Source of the DNA: Octopus bimaculoides
Lineage: Eukaryota
DNA length: 64,000 nucleotides
NCBI RefSeq assembly: GCF_001194135.2
Contig: NC_068982.1
Coordinates: 51,619,591-51,683,590, forward strand
Direction: 5' to 3'
Shown here piece by piece: positions 1-12,480 of this stretch (its first letter is position 1; every line of letters starts with the position of its first letter). A model generated the notes under the pieces. The model did not search any database. It was not told where the DNA came from and worked only from the letters and a program-made list of their open reading frames with translations. The translations under genes and the position numbers were made by a program.

Positions 1-360
1 AAAGAACTTGAAAGGGACTCCTCAGATTACATAAGTCTAGCATGCTGTCATTTAGTTAGTATCCTACTGTTTTAATGTTCCCCTTCTAAATTTTATTACA
101 TAAGAGCAAAGAACTTTAGGAACTAAAGTTTCAATACCAAAAGTCCATGGAATAATATTCCACACTAGAGGATTCTATTTATGATATTGAAAAAGATTTG
201 GCTACACACTAATCTTTACAGATCTAGTAATGGCACCACACTGATGGTTTATTTGGTAGAATTAGAAACAGTTCGAAAGAAGAATGTTTGAAACTAATAT
301 AGGAATATTCTGCCAGAGAGAAGTTGTTTCCATAGAATACTTATAAACTGAACTATGTAG

Positions 361-454
361 GGAGTGTATACAAAAGAGAAAAAAAGACAATTTCAGGAAA
401 GGAGCACTTGCGTAGATTTTTTAGCTCTGATCTTTGAGACTGATTGTCTTGAAA
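361..454 (+). CDS. Candidate internal exon of an unidentified gene (GVYTKEKKRQFQERSTCVDFLALIFETDCLE, phase 0/1)
   Basis: The open frame starts immediately after tatgtag and ends at GAAA|gtgagc, a good donor. It is phase-compatible with candidates at 1179 and 1442. The polypyrimidine tract is weak and no homology was recognised. Confidence 0.35.
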
Positions 455-689
455 GTGAGCGCAATGCTATTATCCAATTTTTTTTTTTTTTCTGCATGTT
501 TAGTCATATTTAGTGTTTATAATAACTAAGTGTACTTTGAATTTATTTAAACTTTCTGCTAAATGGAGTGTTTAACTTAAATTGATGTTTGAATGATACT
601 GGCAAGCTTTAGGGAAATTGGTTTTTTTTCATGCAAAGAGTGTTACCAAAATTCCTTTTTACCTTTTCACTTGTTGCAATCATTATAAA

Positions 690-1083
690 TCATTATACTG
701 CAGCCATGCTGGAGTATTGCCTTGAAGAATTTTAGTCAAACAAAGCGATCCCAGTATCTTTCTTTAAGCCTTGCACTTATTCTGTCAGTTTCTTTTACCA
801 AACCACTAAGTTACATGGATGTAAACACACCAACACTGGTTGTCAAGCAGTAGTAGGGGACACAGACAAACAGATGCATGTGCACACACACACACACACA
901 CACATATATTTACAAATGGTGGGTTGCTTTCAGTTTCCATCTATTAAACCCACTCACAAGGCTTTGGTTGGACCAAGACTGTAGTAGAAGTCACTTGCCC
1001 AAAGTGTCATGTAGTGGGACTGAACCTGAAACCATGTGGTTTGGGAGCAAATTTCTTACTCCAAAGCCATACCTGCACCTATA
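690..1083 (-). mobile_element. tRNA-derived SINE, family A (octopus-type), CpG-decayed copy
   Basis: Same sequence blocks as the young copies at 15858 and 31919 (catgctggag.., gtaaacacaccaacactggttgtcaagc, cagtttccatctattaaacccactcacaaggctttgg, gggactgaacc). Internal (CA)n. Confidence 0.9.
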
Positions 1084-1178
1084 GATTTTTTTTTTTTTTT
1101 TTGATAGATGATTATTTAGTCAAGTGGGATTTATATTGGTTGTTTCTGACTTGAGATTGAAAAATAAAATCATAACAG

Positions 1179-1207
1179 ATACAATCTTAGCTTGGCTTGA
1201 AAAGCAA
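1179..1207 (+). CDS. Candidate 29-nt exon ((N)TILAWLEKQ, phase 1/0)
   Basis: cataacag|...AAGCAA|gtgaga. Only supported by a good donor and by phase fit between 361-454 and 1442. The acceptor is A-rich and weak. Confidence 0.25.
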
Positions 1208-1441
1208 GTGAGATAAATAATAGCATAGTAACGGATGACTGTTAAGTCAGTTTCTTATCTAAAACTGTAATGAAACATTTCACCATGAAATGTATTTTAG
1301 AGGAGCTGTAAAGCTTCTTATTCTTGTGTTGAGAAAGCAAAACAATAATGTACTTAGGTTTTTTTTAATTGTTGGCCAAATGTATTTTGCTGAATACACA
1401 CTGCACTTTTTTTCATGCTTTTCCATTTATTCTGCCTGCAG

Positions 1442-1459
1442 GTGGTGGATCAGGTCTGA
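1442..1459 (+). CDS. Candidate terminal coding exon (VVDQV* in phase 0; GGSGLRQLK* in phase 1)
   Basis: Strong acceptor tttttcatgcttttccatttattctgcctgcag|. A stop follows shortly in all frames. Confidence 0.35.
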   Translation: MVDQV

Positions 1460-1974
1460 GACAGCTGAAATGAGAATAAAGAACATTCATGTTCCTTAAT
1501 AAGTGCACTATCCATTGTCAATAAGTGAGAAGCTGGATAGAATTATTAATTAGGGTAGTTAGTAAAAGCATGCACACATATGTGACATATGCAGCCCAAA
1601 TGTACAGAAAAGTTTGATTCAGTTTTTGAAATGAGCCCCATCCCCCAGTTTTTTTTACATAAATAAGTAGCATATCATTTAAGTTTATGTCTGGCATTTT
1701 GTTTGTTCAAGGGGGATAGAGTTGACAGAAACCTCAATAACTTCATCATTATTCTTTAGTCCAAATGTATTGGAGTCTTTCATTGGAGTCTTTCATGTTC
1801 CATCGGCTATATTCTGCAAAATTGTCTTTATGGGGGGGAGATCAATATCTTGTCCTTTCAAAATGTATCCATAAATTGTGTTCTGGTTGTTTGATCCATA
1901 CATGTATGATAGATCATTTTTAAATGAGCATATATTTTACCTTCTGTGTTTTCCCTTTATTTTTTTCTTTCTAA

Positions 1975-2289
1975 TCATCATCATCGTTTAACGTCCGCTT
2001 TCCATGCTAGCATAGGTTGGACGATTTAACTGAAGACTGGTGAAACCAGATGGTTGCACCAGGCTCCAATCTGATTTGGCAGAGTTTCTACAGCCGGATG
2101 CCCTTCCTAACGCAAACCACTCCGAGAGTGTAGTGGGTGCTTTTACGTGCCACCAGCACGAAGGTCAGTCAGGCGGTACTGGCAACGGCCACGCTCAAAA
2201 TGGTGTATTTTATGTGCCACCCGCACAAGAGCCAGTCCAGGGGCACTGGCAACAATCTCACTTGAAAGTCCTTACACATGCCATGGGCA
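1975..2289 (-). mobile_element. SINE/LINE-tail family C (ATG/CAT-repeat tail), young copy
   Basis: catcatcatcgtttaacgtccgctttccatgctagc...ggatgcccttcctaacgc recurs in decayed form at 19480, 42070, 54930 and 60480. CpGs are retained here. Confidence 0.85.
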
Positions 2290-2470
2290 CAAGTGCCAGA
2301 AAGGCGATGCTGGGCACAGGTGCCATCACGATTTCGCTTTTGCTTGCCCCAACAGGTCTTCGCAAGCCGAGTTTCGTGTCCAATGAAACTCGGCTTGCAA
2401 AGACCTGTTGGGGCAAGCGAAAGCGAAATCGTGATGGCACCTGTGCCCAGCGTCGCCTTTCTGGCACTTG
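2290..2470. repeat. Fold-back inverted repeat: 86-bp arms, 9-nt loop
   Basis: 2290-2375 is the reverse complement of 2385-2470 at 83 of 86 positions by manual alignment. Confidence 0.97.
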
Positions 2471-2844
2471 GTTTGAGTTTATTCCAACCACATGAGTATG
2501 TATCATCATTACTACTATTGTTGTAATGATGGTTGTGTCATTTCTCCATATTAAGTATGGTTGGATAAATTGATTTGTATAGCATTATCATCATTCATTG
2601 TGGTCTTTCGTCATCTTATCCCTGAGGCTAAAAATTCTGAGATCTGGTATTACTACATCTCTCTATATCTTCTTTGACAGAACTTTAAACTTTTTCATCC
2701 AGCATCCTCATTTGTTGTTCAGTACAATTATGAGTGTAGAAATATAGCAAATATACATTAGGAAAATATACTGGCTAAAATATGAGAGAAGATAAATCTT
2801 TTTGAAAATAAAGACATTCAGATTACAGTATAAATAAATAATAA

Positions 2845-3225
2845 TAATAATGATTTCAAATTTTGCCACAAGGGTAGCAATTTTGGGGGAGGGGATGAGT
2901 TGATTACATCAACTCCAGTGTTCAACTGGTACTTATATATTGACCCCAAAAGGATGAAAAACAAAGTCGACCTTGGCAGAATTTGAACTCAGAATGTAAC
3001 GACAGATGAAATGCCTCTAAGCATTTTGACTAATGATAATAATGGTCTCAAATTTTGGGGCACGGCTAGCAATTTCAGGAGGTGTAAGTTCCATCAACCC
3101 CTGTGCACAATTGGTACATATTTTATTAACCCTGACAGAATTGGCAGAATTTAAACTTAGAACTTAAAGACAGACAAAATGCCACTAAGCATTTTGCCCA
3201 GTGTGCTAATAATTCTTCTAGAACT
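2845..3225 (-). mobile_element. Two tandem copies of short SINE family B
   Basis: Repeated block ggtacttat..gaccccaaaaggatgaaa..aaagtcgaccttggcagaatttgaactcagaa..gaaatgcc.ctaagcatttt, with an (AAT)n tail to the left. Confidence 0.85.
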
Positions 3226-3603
3226 ATAAATTTATAGAAGAATACATCAATTATTTTGATACATGAAGAATGAAAGGCCAAGTTGTACCTGAGAAGATTT
3301 GAACTTCAATTACAGAGATGAAGTAATAAAACTGCAAGGCATTTTTCAATCCAGTAACCTCATGTTTCTGCTTTTCTATTTTATCTTATAGTAATTAGCA
3401 CAGCATGGATATTTATTTTATTAACTGTAGGTGGAATTTCAACTCAGAACATACAGGGATGTAAATAAATACTGTAAAGCTCTAACTATATGCATTTTTT
3501 TTTTTTTTTTGTCTTTTGCTGGGTCTGAAGAAAGGTAAAGTGCCAATAACCTTTGAAGGTTCTATAAGATTGATGCTGTAAATGCTCTGCTTAAACTATT
3601 GTG

Positions 3604-3985
3604 TATAGGTGCAGGCATGACTGTGTGTTTAAGAAGCCTATTTCCCAACCATGTGGTTTCGGGTTCAGTCCCACTGCATGGTACCTTGAGCAAGTGTCTT
3701 CTGCAATAGAACCAGGCCAACCAAATCTTTGTGAGTGGATTTAATAGATAGAAACTGCAAGAAGCCCCTCGCGTGCGTGTGTGTGATGGTTATAAGCAAG
3801 CATCACCATCATTCAAGTGGTTTTGTTTGTTTCCAATCTTCTGTGAAAAACATGTCTGGCCCCAGGGAAATATTACTTTACTTGGAAAAAAGTGATGGTT
3901 GACAACAGCCATTGAAAAATCTACCTCAACATATTCTGTCTGACCCATATGAGCATGGAACAGTAGACATTAAATGATAATGATG
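3604..3985 (+). mobile_element. SINE with family A tRNA-like head and an alternative 3' tail
   Basis: Head gcatgactgtgtg..gggttcagtcccactgcatggtaccttgagcaagtgtcttc. Tail ggaaatattact..catggaa..gacattaaatgataatgatga. Confidence 0.85.
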
Positions 3986-4283
3986 AAGTCAACATCTAAA
4001 AGAAAGATATGTGCAAGGGGGAAGTTTCAGGGGATGGCTTTCTTAGAAGAAAAGACTGGGTGTAGTGGTTAGCTTAGAGCAAAGGGATATTGGACACAAT
4101 ACGGGTGATGAGAGACGGATGAGAAACGACTGAGCTGATAGTGTTTGAGTGAAGGTGACACAAGATTAGGTAGCAGAAACCATAATAGTAATAGTAGAAA
4201 AGGGAGAGAGGAAACAACATATCTATAATGATGTTATACCAATCTATCAAGTGGCCTTTCTTTAGAAGTGGTTTAGGATGTCT

Positions 4284-4315
<32 letters not shown>

Positions 4316-6304
4316 CAGATATGGGAGCAATACTATCAACTGCTATGTACTGCCTTTTGATGATGATCATAATAAAAGTCACTATGAAAACAAACTGTAC
4401 CCCTGCCCTTGGTATATGTCAGATTTAATACTTTAATTACATCTGTTTTCAAAACTATAAACAAAAAGTTTTTATTTATGAAGTAATATTCGGGATTGTT
4501 TCGAAAAAATATTATGACAAACTGTACATATATATTATGATCTTTCATTTTTTCTTTTTTCCTTTTTTTTTTTTTTTTGTCATTTTAACGGTTTCTCGCA
4601 TAAATATTAGGCTACAGTTGGTATGGGGTGAGTCTTCTCAGTTGAATCAGCCCTTACTGCATGGTTGGTATTTATCTTAGCAATCTCAGCAGGAATTGAA
4701 CCAGAAAATATTGCAAGGCATGCAGACCTGTATACTACTGATTCTAAAACTGCTGCCATCTTTTCTTGTTGTAAATGATTTTGATTTAGGTATACAGACA
4801 GGATTTTCAGAAAAGAAATTAGTTATTTACATCAACCTCAGTACTTGACTGACTACTTAGCTTATTGACCTCAAGGATGAAAAGCAAAATTGACCACTAT
4901 GGTACTTAGACTCAGACATTGGTGTTGATGCTGTAAAGTCTGCCATGCTCGTAATCCCATGAATATAATCACCCTCTTGTTGTAAATATTTAATAGGGTT
5001 TGATCTTCTTTTGGTTACCAGTAAAATTTAGTGTTAGAACATTCTAGTTATGAGTCTCCATCACATATCTCAGTGTTAGTCATTTTTGGTCAGCTTTGGC
5101 CAAATAAATCGAGAGCATAGGTATAAATGGTTGAGCATTTAAAGAAAATATCTTAATTTATATAGTAAATAGGGTTTAATTTAGCATTTATATTATAGCA
5201 TAAACTGTATGGTTTTTTTTAAGAAGATTAAAGCTTTGTTGTCTATAATAGGCTTTGAACACAGTAGTTTGATTGACCTCTAAACCCCCTACTTGAAAGT
5301 AAAGAATGGTATTGCAAATAAAGGGTATTTGAAATATTATGCAGTATTTACTAATTCCAGTTTCTCTAGTTCTTTTCATATTCACTCAAAGAAAATTCTA
5401 TGTGATTGTTCACACTGTTATAAATATCACTGAAATCTTCAAATCCCATCACATTGTCTTATGAAAGAACCATTTAAAAATGATGTAGTTCTTGATGGTA
5501 TACAAAAAGACAGGATGGTAACAACTGGAACTTTCTCAATCATTCTTTACCCATGGACCTCTTTGATTCTTATCTTATTCGAATGGATCCACCTAGCCAT
5601 TCAATGTTTAAAAAATATTACATTTCTATTATCATTATTGGGAATGACATAAAAAAAATTCTTAAAATATTTTGTGTAATGTAAAAGTATAACCACTTCA
5701 TTGCTGATAAAGTTTAACAACAAAATCTTATATGAACCCTGGTTGAGAACCACTGAGCTAGAATATCTTTGATCATATGTCCATTCAATCAAGGCTGACT
5801 TGGTATTAAAGAACTATTATGATCTTTAGTCCATGCCAGTAATTGATATTATGATAAAGTAATCTTATACTGTTGCATAAATTCTTTTTCTCTTTAAAGC
5901 CCAAAGCTAATATTTTTTAGTCATGTTTTTTAGGATCACATGCATACATATACTTTTGGATTTTCAAGCAAGGGTGAAATGTACTCATAACTAGTAAATT
6001 TTTTGTATGTAAGTGATCAAATTAATGTGTTCACATATAAGCCCGCTCACTCCATCAAATCGACATTGCCTGTATAGGTGCACAAGTGTTCCACATGTCA
6101 GATGTTGAAATGATTACAGAGCAACATGAAATGAAATGTTTTGCTCCACTCAGTTTGAGAATCAAAGTCACAATTTTGTGTATACATTATATGTATATAT
6201 ATATATAGCTGAATAGATAACATTGTTATTTATATAGGTAAAAAAAAACAGTAAATTCTTTGGATATTTAATATCCCTTAGGTGGTTATTTAACACCTAA
6301 CTAA

Positions 6305-6337
<33 letters not shown>

Positions 6338-6389
6338 CAGAGGTTGGACAAAATAGTGGAAACGCCTTAAAATTTCAAACAAATTTATT

Positions 6390-7392
6390 TTAATATGGGG
6401 TAGGACCACCTTTGGGAGCAATTACAGCTTGAATTCTATGAGGCATGGACTCATACAAAGTTTGAATGACAGCTAAAACAGTCTCCAGTTCTTTTAGTGA
6501 TGATGGTGGAGGATATTGACTCCTTACTTGTTTTTCTAAAATGCGCCATAAATGTTCAATAATATTGAAATCTGGGGAATGTGGTGGCCAGATAAGATAT
6601 TCAACTTCACTAGAAAGTTCCTTGTGCCATTCAGTAACAACTTTAGCTGTGTGAATTGGTACATTATCATCCTGAAAGATTGCGTTTCTCTCTGGAAACA
6701 GTTCCACAACCATAGGATGAATTTGATCATATAAAATGCTTAGATAGTCTTGACTATTTTACCATGAAAGGAAACCATTAGGCTAGCAAATTTCCAAGAT
6801 ATAGCCCCTACCAGATCATCACAGATCCTCCTCCATGTTTAACAGTTGGAAGAAGGCAGTCTGGATAAAATGCTTCTTTTGGCTGTCTCCACTCATATAC
6901 TCAGCCGGTGGTTGGAAACGAGATAAAGGATGACTTGTCCAAGAAAATGACATTCTTCTACTGCTCTAGGGACCAATTCTGTAGGTTTTTACTCCACTCT
7001 AAATGCTTTTCAATGTTTGTTTTTGGAAGTAGTGGTTTTCTGATTGCAGCCCTCCCGTGAAATCCAGCTTTGTGCAGCTCCTGGCAAACAGTTTTTGTGG
7101 AAACTGGATTCTCGAGGTGATCATTAAGCTCTGCAGTAATTTTAGGAGCTGTACTTTTGTGATCCTTTCTAACAATTTGCCTAAGAATTCGACAGTCCCT
7201 ATCTGAAAGTTCTGGTTTTCTTCCAGAGTTTTGTTTCAATGAGGAGATTTTTCCCTTTTTCTCAATAGCTGTCATTACTTTCAAGACAATACTTCTTGAT
7301 ACACCAAACATTTTGGCTGTTTTCATTACGCTAGTGACTGCCATATGAGCACCAACAATTTGAGCTCTTTGAAAGTCCGATAGATCTGTCAT
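6390..7392 (-). pseudogene. Disrupted Tc1 transposase: N-terminal HTH part 7392-6958, DDE C-terminal part 6713-6390
   Basis: MTDLSDFQRAQIVG..GRKPELSDRD..VSTKTV..LHKAGFHGRAAIRKPLL and FQDDNVPIH..WPPHSPDFNIIEHLW motifs. The middle region has stops and frameshifts. Confidence 0.92.
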
Positions 7393-7499
7393 TTTAATGA
7401 ATTTTAATTACCTTTTTCTGATAATATCTGAAAAGAAACAGCAATTTTAGCAAAACATATTAAGCAACAGTAATAATAAATCAAAAAACATAAAAATAA

Positions 7500-7509
7500 N
7501 NNNNNNNNN
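7500..7509. other. 10-N assembly gap with a duplicated flank
   Basis: ttagcaaaacatattaagcaacag..cataaaaataa occurs on both sides of the Ns. Confidence 0.95.
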
Positions 7510-8689
7510 TTAGCAAAACATATTAAGCAACAGTAATAATAAATCAAAAAACATAAAAATAAACAAGCTTTTGACGGTTTTATAGATATTTCAAAATTAG
7601 GATGCTATGATGCTATGATGCTAGGTGTTTCCATTATTTTGTCCAACCCTTGTATATATATTATGTATATATAAGGTGAAGGCACATGGCCTAGTGGTTA
7701 GTGTTGCACTTATGATTGCAAAATTGTGATTTTGATTCTCAGACTTATGAGAGAGAGAGAGATAGCATATGCATACATGTAAAAATAAGGTACAAAAACA
7801 AAGATGAAGTAAAAAAACAAACAGTGTGTGTGTGTTATTAGGATGGCACATAGGAATATTGGAAGAAGTCTTATTCTTGACTTTAATTATCTGTAAATTA
7901 TTTAAAACTAGTGGAAAACCAACTTGAATATCATGCAAATATATAATAAATACTCTTTCAATATTTTTGTTTTTCATACATTCTAATTTTGCTGAATAAA
8001 AGCCCTGTTAAATAAAATGAAAGCTAATAAGGTCCTGTGTACTAGATTTCCTTGCAATAATACAAATAAAATATTGTTTTCTTTGGGGGAAATTTTCTTT
8101 TCTGCAAAACCTTGAAGTTTAACTTTCAACATGACAGCTGAAGCTTTGATTTCAAGGATCACTGTTTTAAGAAGCACTGGAGGCCTATGAAAACATCTAA
8201 ACTATTAGATGTTGATGATGGTATTTGCTTATAGAGTGGAAACACATTACACATAGTACTGACATGAATAATAAATTACTAAAAATATATCCTGATAAGC
8301 ACAATCACTACTTTATCTTCCACTTTTATTATTTGCAAGAAAATTTACTTTTCAAGTTTTCTTTTAACCTATTAATTTTTTTTTTTTTTTTACATGTAGT
8401 CTAGAAGTAAACCAGTGCCCATGACCTTTTTCAGTACCTCTAAGACAGATGGAAGGGATAATAGGAAGGAGGATGGGAGTGAAGTGTCTTTAAACCTGAG
8501 ACTTGACCTGAATGCTTGTACTTAAGTGGACTCGATTGAAAACACTCAAGAGTCAAGTGGTAGGGGTGTTAAACCAGGTGACAATTATGGTTACTGCCCA
8601 AGTAAGCCATAGTGGGATTTGAACTGAGAATGAAAGAAGCCAGGATTGACACTGTCCACTGCTTCAGCTATATTTAATTAGTGTTATTA

Positions 8690-8935
8690 TTATTATTGTG
8701 TGGCCTGGTGCCAAAAGACAGCAAGCTTGCAGAATCATTAGCATGCCATGCAAAATGCATAGTAGCATTCCGTCTGTCCTTATGCTCAAATTCTGCTGAG
8801 GTCAACTTTGTCTTTCATCCTTTCAGTGTCAGTGAAATAAGTACCAGTTATGCAATGGAGTTCATGTAATCGACTTACCCCACTCTCCCAAAATTTTAGG
8901 CCTTGTTCCTATAGTAGAAAGGATTATTATTATTT
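8690..8935 (+). mobile_element. SINE family B
   Basis: gcaagcttgcagaatcattagc..ctcaaattctgctgaggtcaactttgtctttcatcc..ccttgttcctatagtagaaaggattattatt. Confidence 0.85.
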
Positions 8936-10321
8936 AATGAAAATGAGGCAGAAATTCTACCTACTCATCAGGTAACTAAATTTACAGAACTTTATCAGTT
9001 TCAATTGTGAACAGTTAAGATCTTTTGAAAATAATGGTACATCCTAGACATTTGCAGAAAATATTGAACATTTTTGTTCATTTCCAATCACAAATTAGTT
9101 CTGTTATTGAGTCAACCATTTTTATATCAAGCTTTTTTGATACACCAGTTACATGTTTGTAACCTACATCAAATACCCTGCATTAGTGTTGCACCAACAA
9201 ATTAAGAAAATGGTTTATATTCTTTCAAAAAATTCTTTATTACTTAACTATGTGTTTTGTTTAATTTTTAGTGTTTTCTTATTACAAATATGGTCACAAA
9301 ATGGTTAAATAGGAATATCCTCAATCCCAATTAAAATAAATATTTAAGCAAAATGTTTTTTTTTAATTTTAAAAAAAATTTTTTATGCCATAATATGGCA
9401 ATGATTTATGACACTTAAAGAATTATTTTAGCAAATACTTTTTAACATTATACATATATTCACTGAATTAATGAAACAGTAATTAAAATGTTTTATCAAT
9501 AATTGCAAATTACTCTACAGTTTCATTTCAATTCATTTCTGCAGTTAGAGTATGCAAAAAGAGAGTAAAATACTTTGATTTTGTTAACTATTTAATTTAC
9601 AAAGAATTAACTTCATGACAGAGTTTATATCTAAGAAAGCTTTAATGAACACATGAATATATAAGCCACTCAATTTGGTACTACACTATTGCCTGGCACC
9701 TTATCAACTATTATATGTTAACTTACTAATTTGCTGATCAGATGATGCCATTTTCTAGAGTTGGAACTTTAAATATCCTACTTAAGTTCTGGATTTAAAC
9801 CTTGACCTTTTATAGTTACATCTAGACCCAGTTAGCCAATAAATATGAAAGTAGCATAATTATTTTATGCTTTTGTTTATTTATTTATTTACTTGATTAG
9901 CTTAATCTTCTATAAAATTACTTACAGTAGGGACACACAAAATGTTTCGTGTTCATCATTATCATTTTGCATCCATTTTCCATGCTAGCATTCATTGGAC
10001 ATGTCATTCAGTTCTTATTTGAAGTTACTGTCTTCTTAGCTGGACAAAAGGACTACATTCTGCTTGTATATTCTATTTTAGCATGGTTTCTAAAATACTG
10101 GATGCCTTTCCTAACATTAAACTTACTTTACATAGAGTACTGTAGATATTATCATAACACCAACACTAAAAAAGTTACTTTGTCCTTTGCAAGACTAATG
10201 AATTCTCTCAATACAACATTGTCTCTGTTCTTTCAATGATTATAACAATGGTGCTTGTAACTGTTTTGCTTCTAAGTTAAACATTTAATATATATCTTTG
10301 TTTTTTTATATAAACCATTAA

Positions 10322-10612
10322 CCTGTTTCCTCCCATAATTCTATTAACTGGAATTTTTTTTATGAAACTTTGATTTCTAGCATAAAACAGCCTTAGAAAC
10401 ATGCTGGAATGATCAAAATAACATTTCAAAATAACGTTTTAAATAGAAATAAGTGAGATATTGGGTGAAAAATTAGCAAACCTCATTTGAATATCAGAGA
10501 AATATACCTAGTAGATGTAGCAAAAAGGTTAGATATGTGTAAATATTGACAGATAATTACAAAATTTGTAATTTTTAAGTGATCTAATATGAGATCACTG
10601 GTAGGTAATGGG
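10322..10612. mobile_element. TTAA-flanked MITE (piggyBac-like ends)
   Basis: TTAA|cctgtttcctccca ... tggtaggtaatggg|TTAA. Degenerate TIRs, non-coding interior. Confidence 0.65.
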
Positions 10613-11750
10613 TTAAAGATAATTAAGTTACTTTCATTACTTAGCCATCAGTTTGATATAATAGATAACTAATTTCAATTAGTTACAAAATTCACGATAA
10701 ATTCCAGTGTAGGCATAGTTGTGTAGTTAAGAAATTTACCCTCCAATCATTTGGTTTCATGTTCAGTCCAACTGTGCAGCACCTTGGGCAAATTGAAAAG
10801 AGCTTGACATATAGTGTGTGTGTGTGTTATGGTTGCCTCATCTCGTCAGATGATAGCTGTCTTAAGTGAGACATCTGTACATCATAGGATTTTTAGTGAC
10901 AAAAGCTTGTACAATACTTCTGCCACTCACTTGATCAGCATAGTAAGCTTCAGTGACAAACATTGCAAGATGACTGGTACTATTTTGGCTGCATGTTTTA
11001 TGTCAAAGTATTTATCTCCTGCAAGAGAAGAGATACCTTCTCCACAACTTTGTGAAAAATGACAGGAGCTTCCTCTAGCCATGGGAAATGTATTTAACCC
11101 ATAGATGGGACCCTGCCAACTATTACTGTTCCTGGGAGCATTGATAATTAAGGGGTGACTTCACACTCCCACAACTTCAGAATTCCCAAATTGGAGCCTC
11201 AGCAATGGGTGCAGTTTAATATCATACATGTGTGTGAACATGTGTGTTTCTTTACATTTGCACTCTGCAATTGGTGTTGTTATTGTCATTTCTTCTATCA
11301 GCAAACCATTCACATCAGAGTCTTGTAGATATGTAAAATAAGAGATCCATTACCTGAAAAGCATGTAAGTATTAGTGACAGAAAAAAACCATCCAGCTAT
11401 AAAACTCTGCTTCAACAATATACTTGTCTAACCCATGCTAGGCAGGGAAAACAGGTAAAAGAATAAACAACTGGTAATTTTTTGTGACAAGCAGCTGTGT
11501 TTCACTGATATTATTGATAAAAGAACTTAACAACTTTAAATAATATTTCAAGTTGTTTTATAATGTCATTCAAAATATAGAGTTAAAGAATATTCCTTCT
11601 GCTAAATTGTCTCAAATTAAATTTGTTCTTTAACTATTTCTAAGGTCAGCCCAACCTTTTCCTCTTTACAACACTCACTAAAATAACATTTCTGTTTTTA
11701 GTTTTGAGTCACATACATTTGTACAAGCATATACACCTATCACATAACAG

Positions 11751-11788
<38 letters not shown>

Positions 11789-12480
11789 CCATTTAGGTGC
11801 AAAGCATCGTTGTGTTCTTATAAAGTTTGCTTCTCAATCACATGGTTTCAGGTTCAGTCTCACTGCCCTGCATTTTGACAAGTATCTTGTATTATATCCT
11901 TGGCTAACTAGACACTTCCAGGTGGATTTTGTAGACAGAGCTTCCCATTTGCGGTTAGTTGTTTAAAAGTTATATACTAATGTTTAAGTTAGTATATATA
12001 TATAAATAAGTATATGTATATATAAAAAAGGATTATTGTATATGTATATATAAAAAAGAGACCACTAAGTGGACTGCTAATGTGCTAGAAGAAGATCACT
12101 GAATGGTTCTCAAAGAAAAAATTTAGCGAAGCAAAAACATACGGGTGAGACTAGTGAAAATTATAGAAATAAATATAAGGTTATCTGTAGACCATGGTTT
12201 CGAAATCAATACTTTCTTACTGAAAATATCTGTTTCTCCTCAGTACAGACTGCCAAAGAGATATAATTCCTAGAACCATGTACTAGTTGTTCCCACCAAG
12301 TGAAGAAATGTGCACATGGTTCTATTAATTATATAGAGTAATATTCAAAAGTCTTAGTTTTGGCATGCCAAATCCGGAAATATCTCTGCAGAAAATAATT
12401 TCTGCATCGAATTTACCAACTTTGAGAACGTGGTTATGGTTAATTAAAATAGTAGGGTAAAAAAATTGGAGATAAATTAA

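Larger units (their letters stand above)
6338..7652 (-). mobile_element. Tc1-type DNA transposon, near full length, decayed
   Basis: ~30-bp TIRs (cagaggttggacaaaatagtggaaacgcct at 6338; reverse complement ending 7652) flanked by TA in a (TA)n tract. Transposase fragments lie inside. Confidence 0.95.

Noticed and set aside
2040-2526. Overlapping ORFs of 79-151 aa on both strands
   Set aside because: They come from the GC-rich retroelement and its palindrome. The + and - ORFs are mirror images of each other.
4265-4413. Poly-Q/poly-S exon-like frame (KWFRMSVQ8HPRYGSNTINCYVLPFDDD...)
   Set aside because: A (CAG)n microsatellite in sequence resembling a decayed LINE endonuclease motif (IINxYxP...FYExL). 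The donor is weak and surrounding frames are full of stops.
5188-5304. Minus-strand exon-like frame GGLEVNQTTVFKAYYRQQSFNLLKKNHT
   Set aside because: Good acceptor but no convincing donor or partner exon, so it cannot be distinguished from chance.
7449-7562. ~53-bp direct repeat around the N run
   Set aside because: Contig-overlap artefact at a 10-N gap.
9080-9180. Protein-like minus frame VFDVGYKHVTGVSKKLDIKMVDSITELICDWK
   Set aside because: Lies largely inside a decayed TTAA-type MITE (~9115-9306).
12325-12480. C-terminal 50 aa of the 305-aa ORF
   Set aside because: Read-through past the RTE breakpoint, with no RT motifs.
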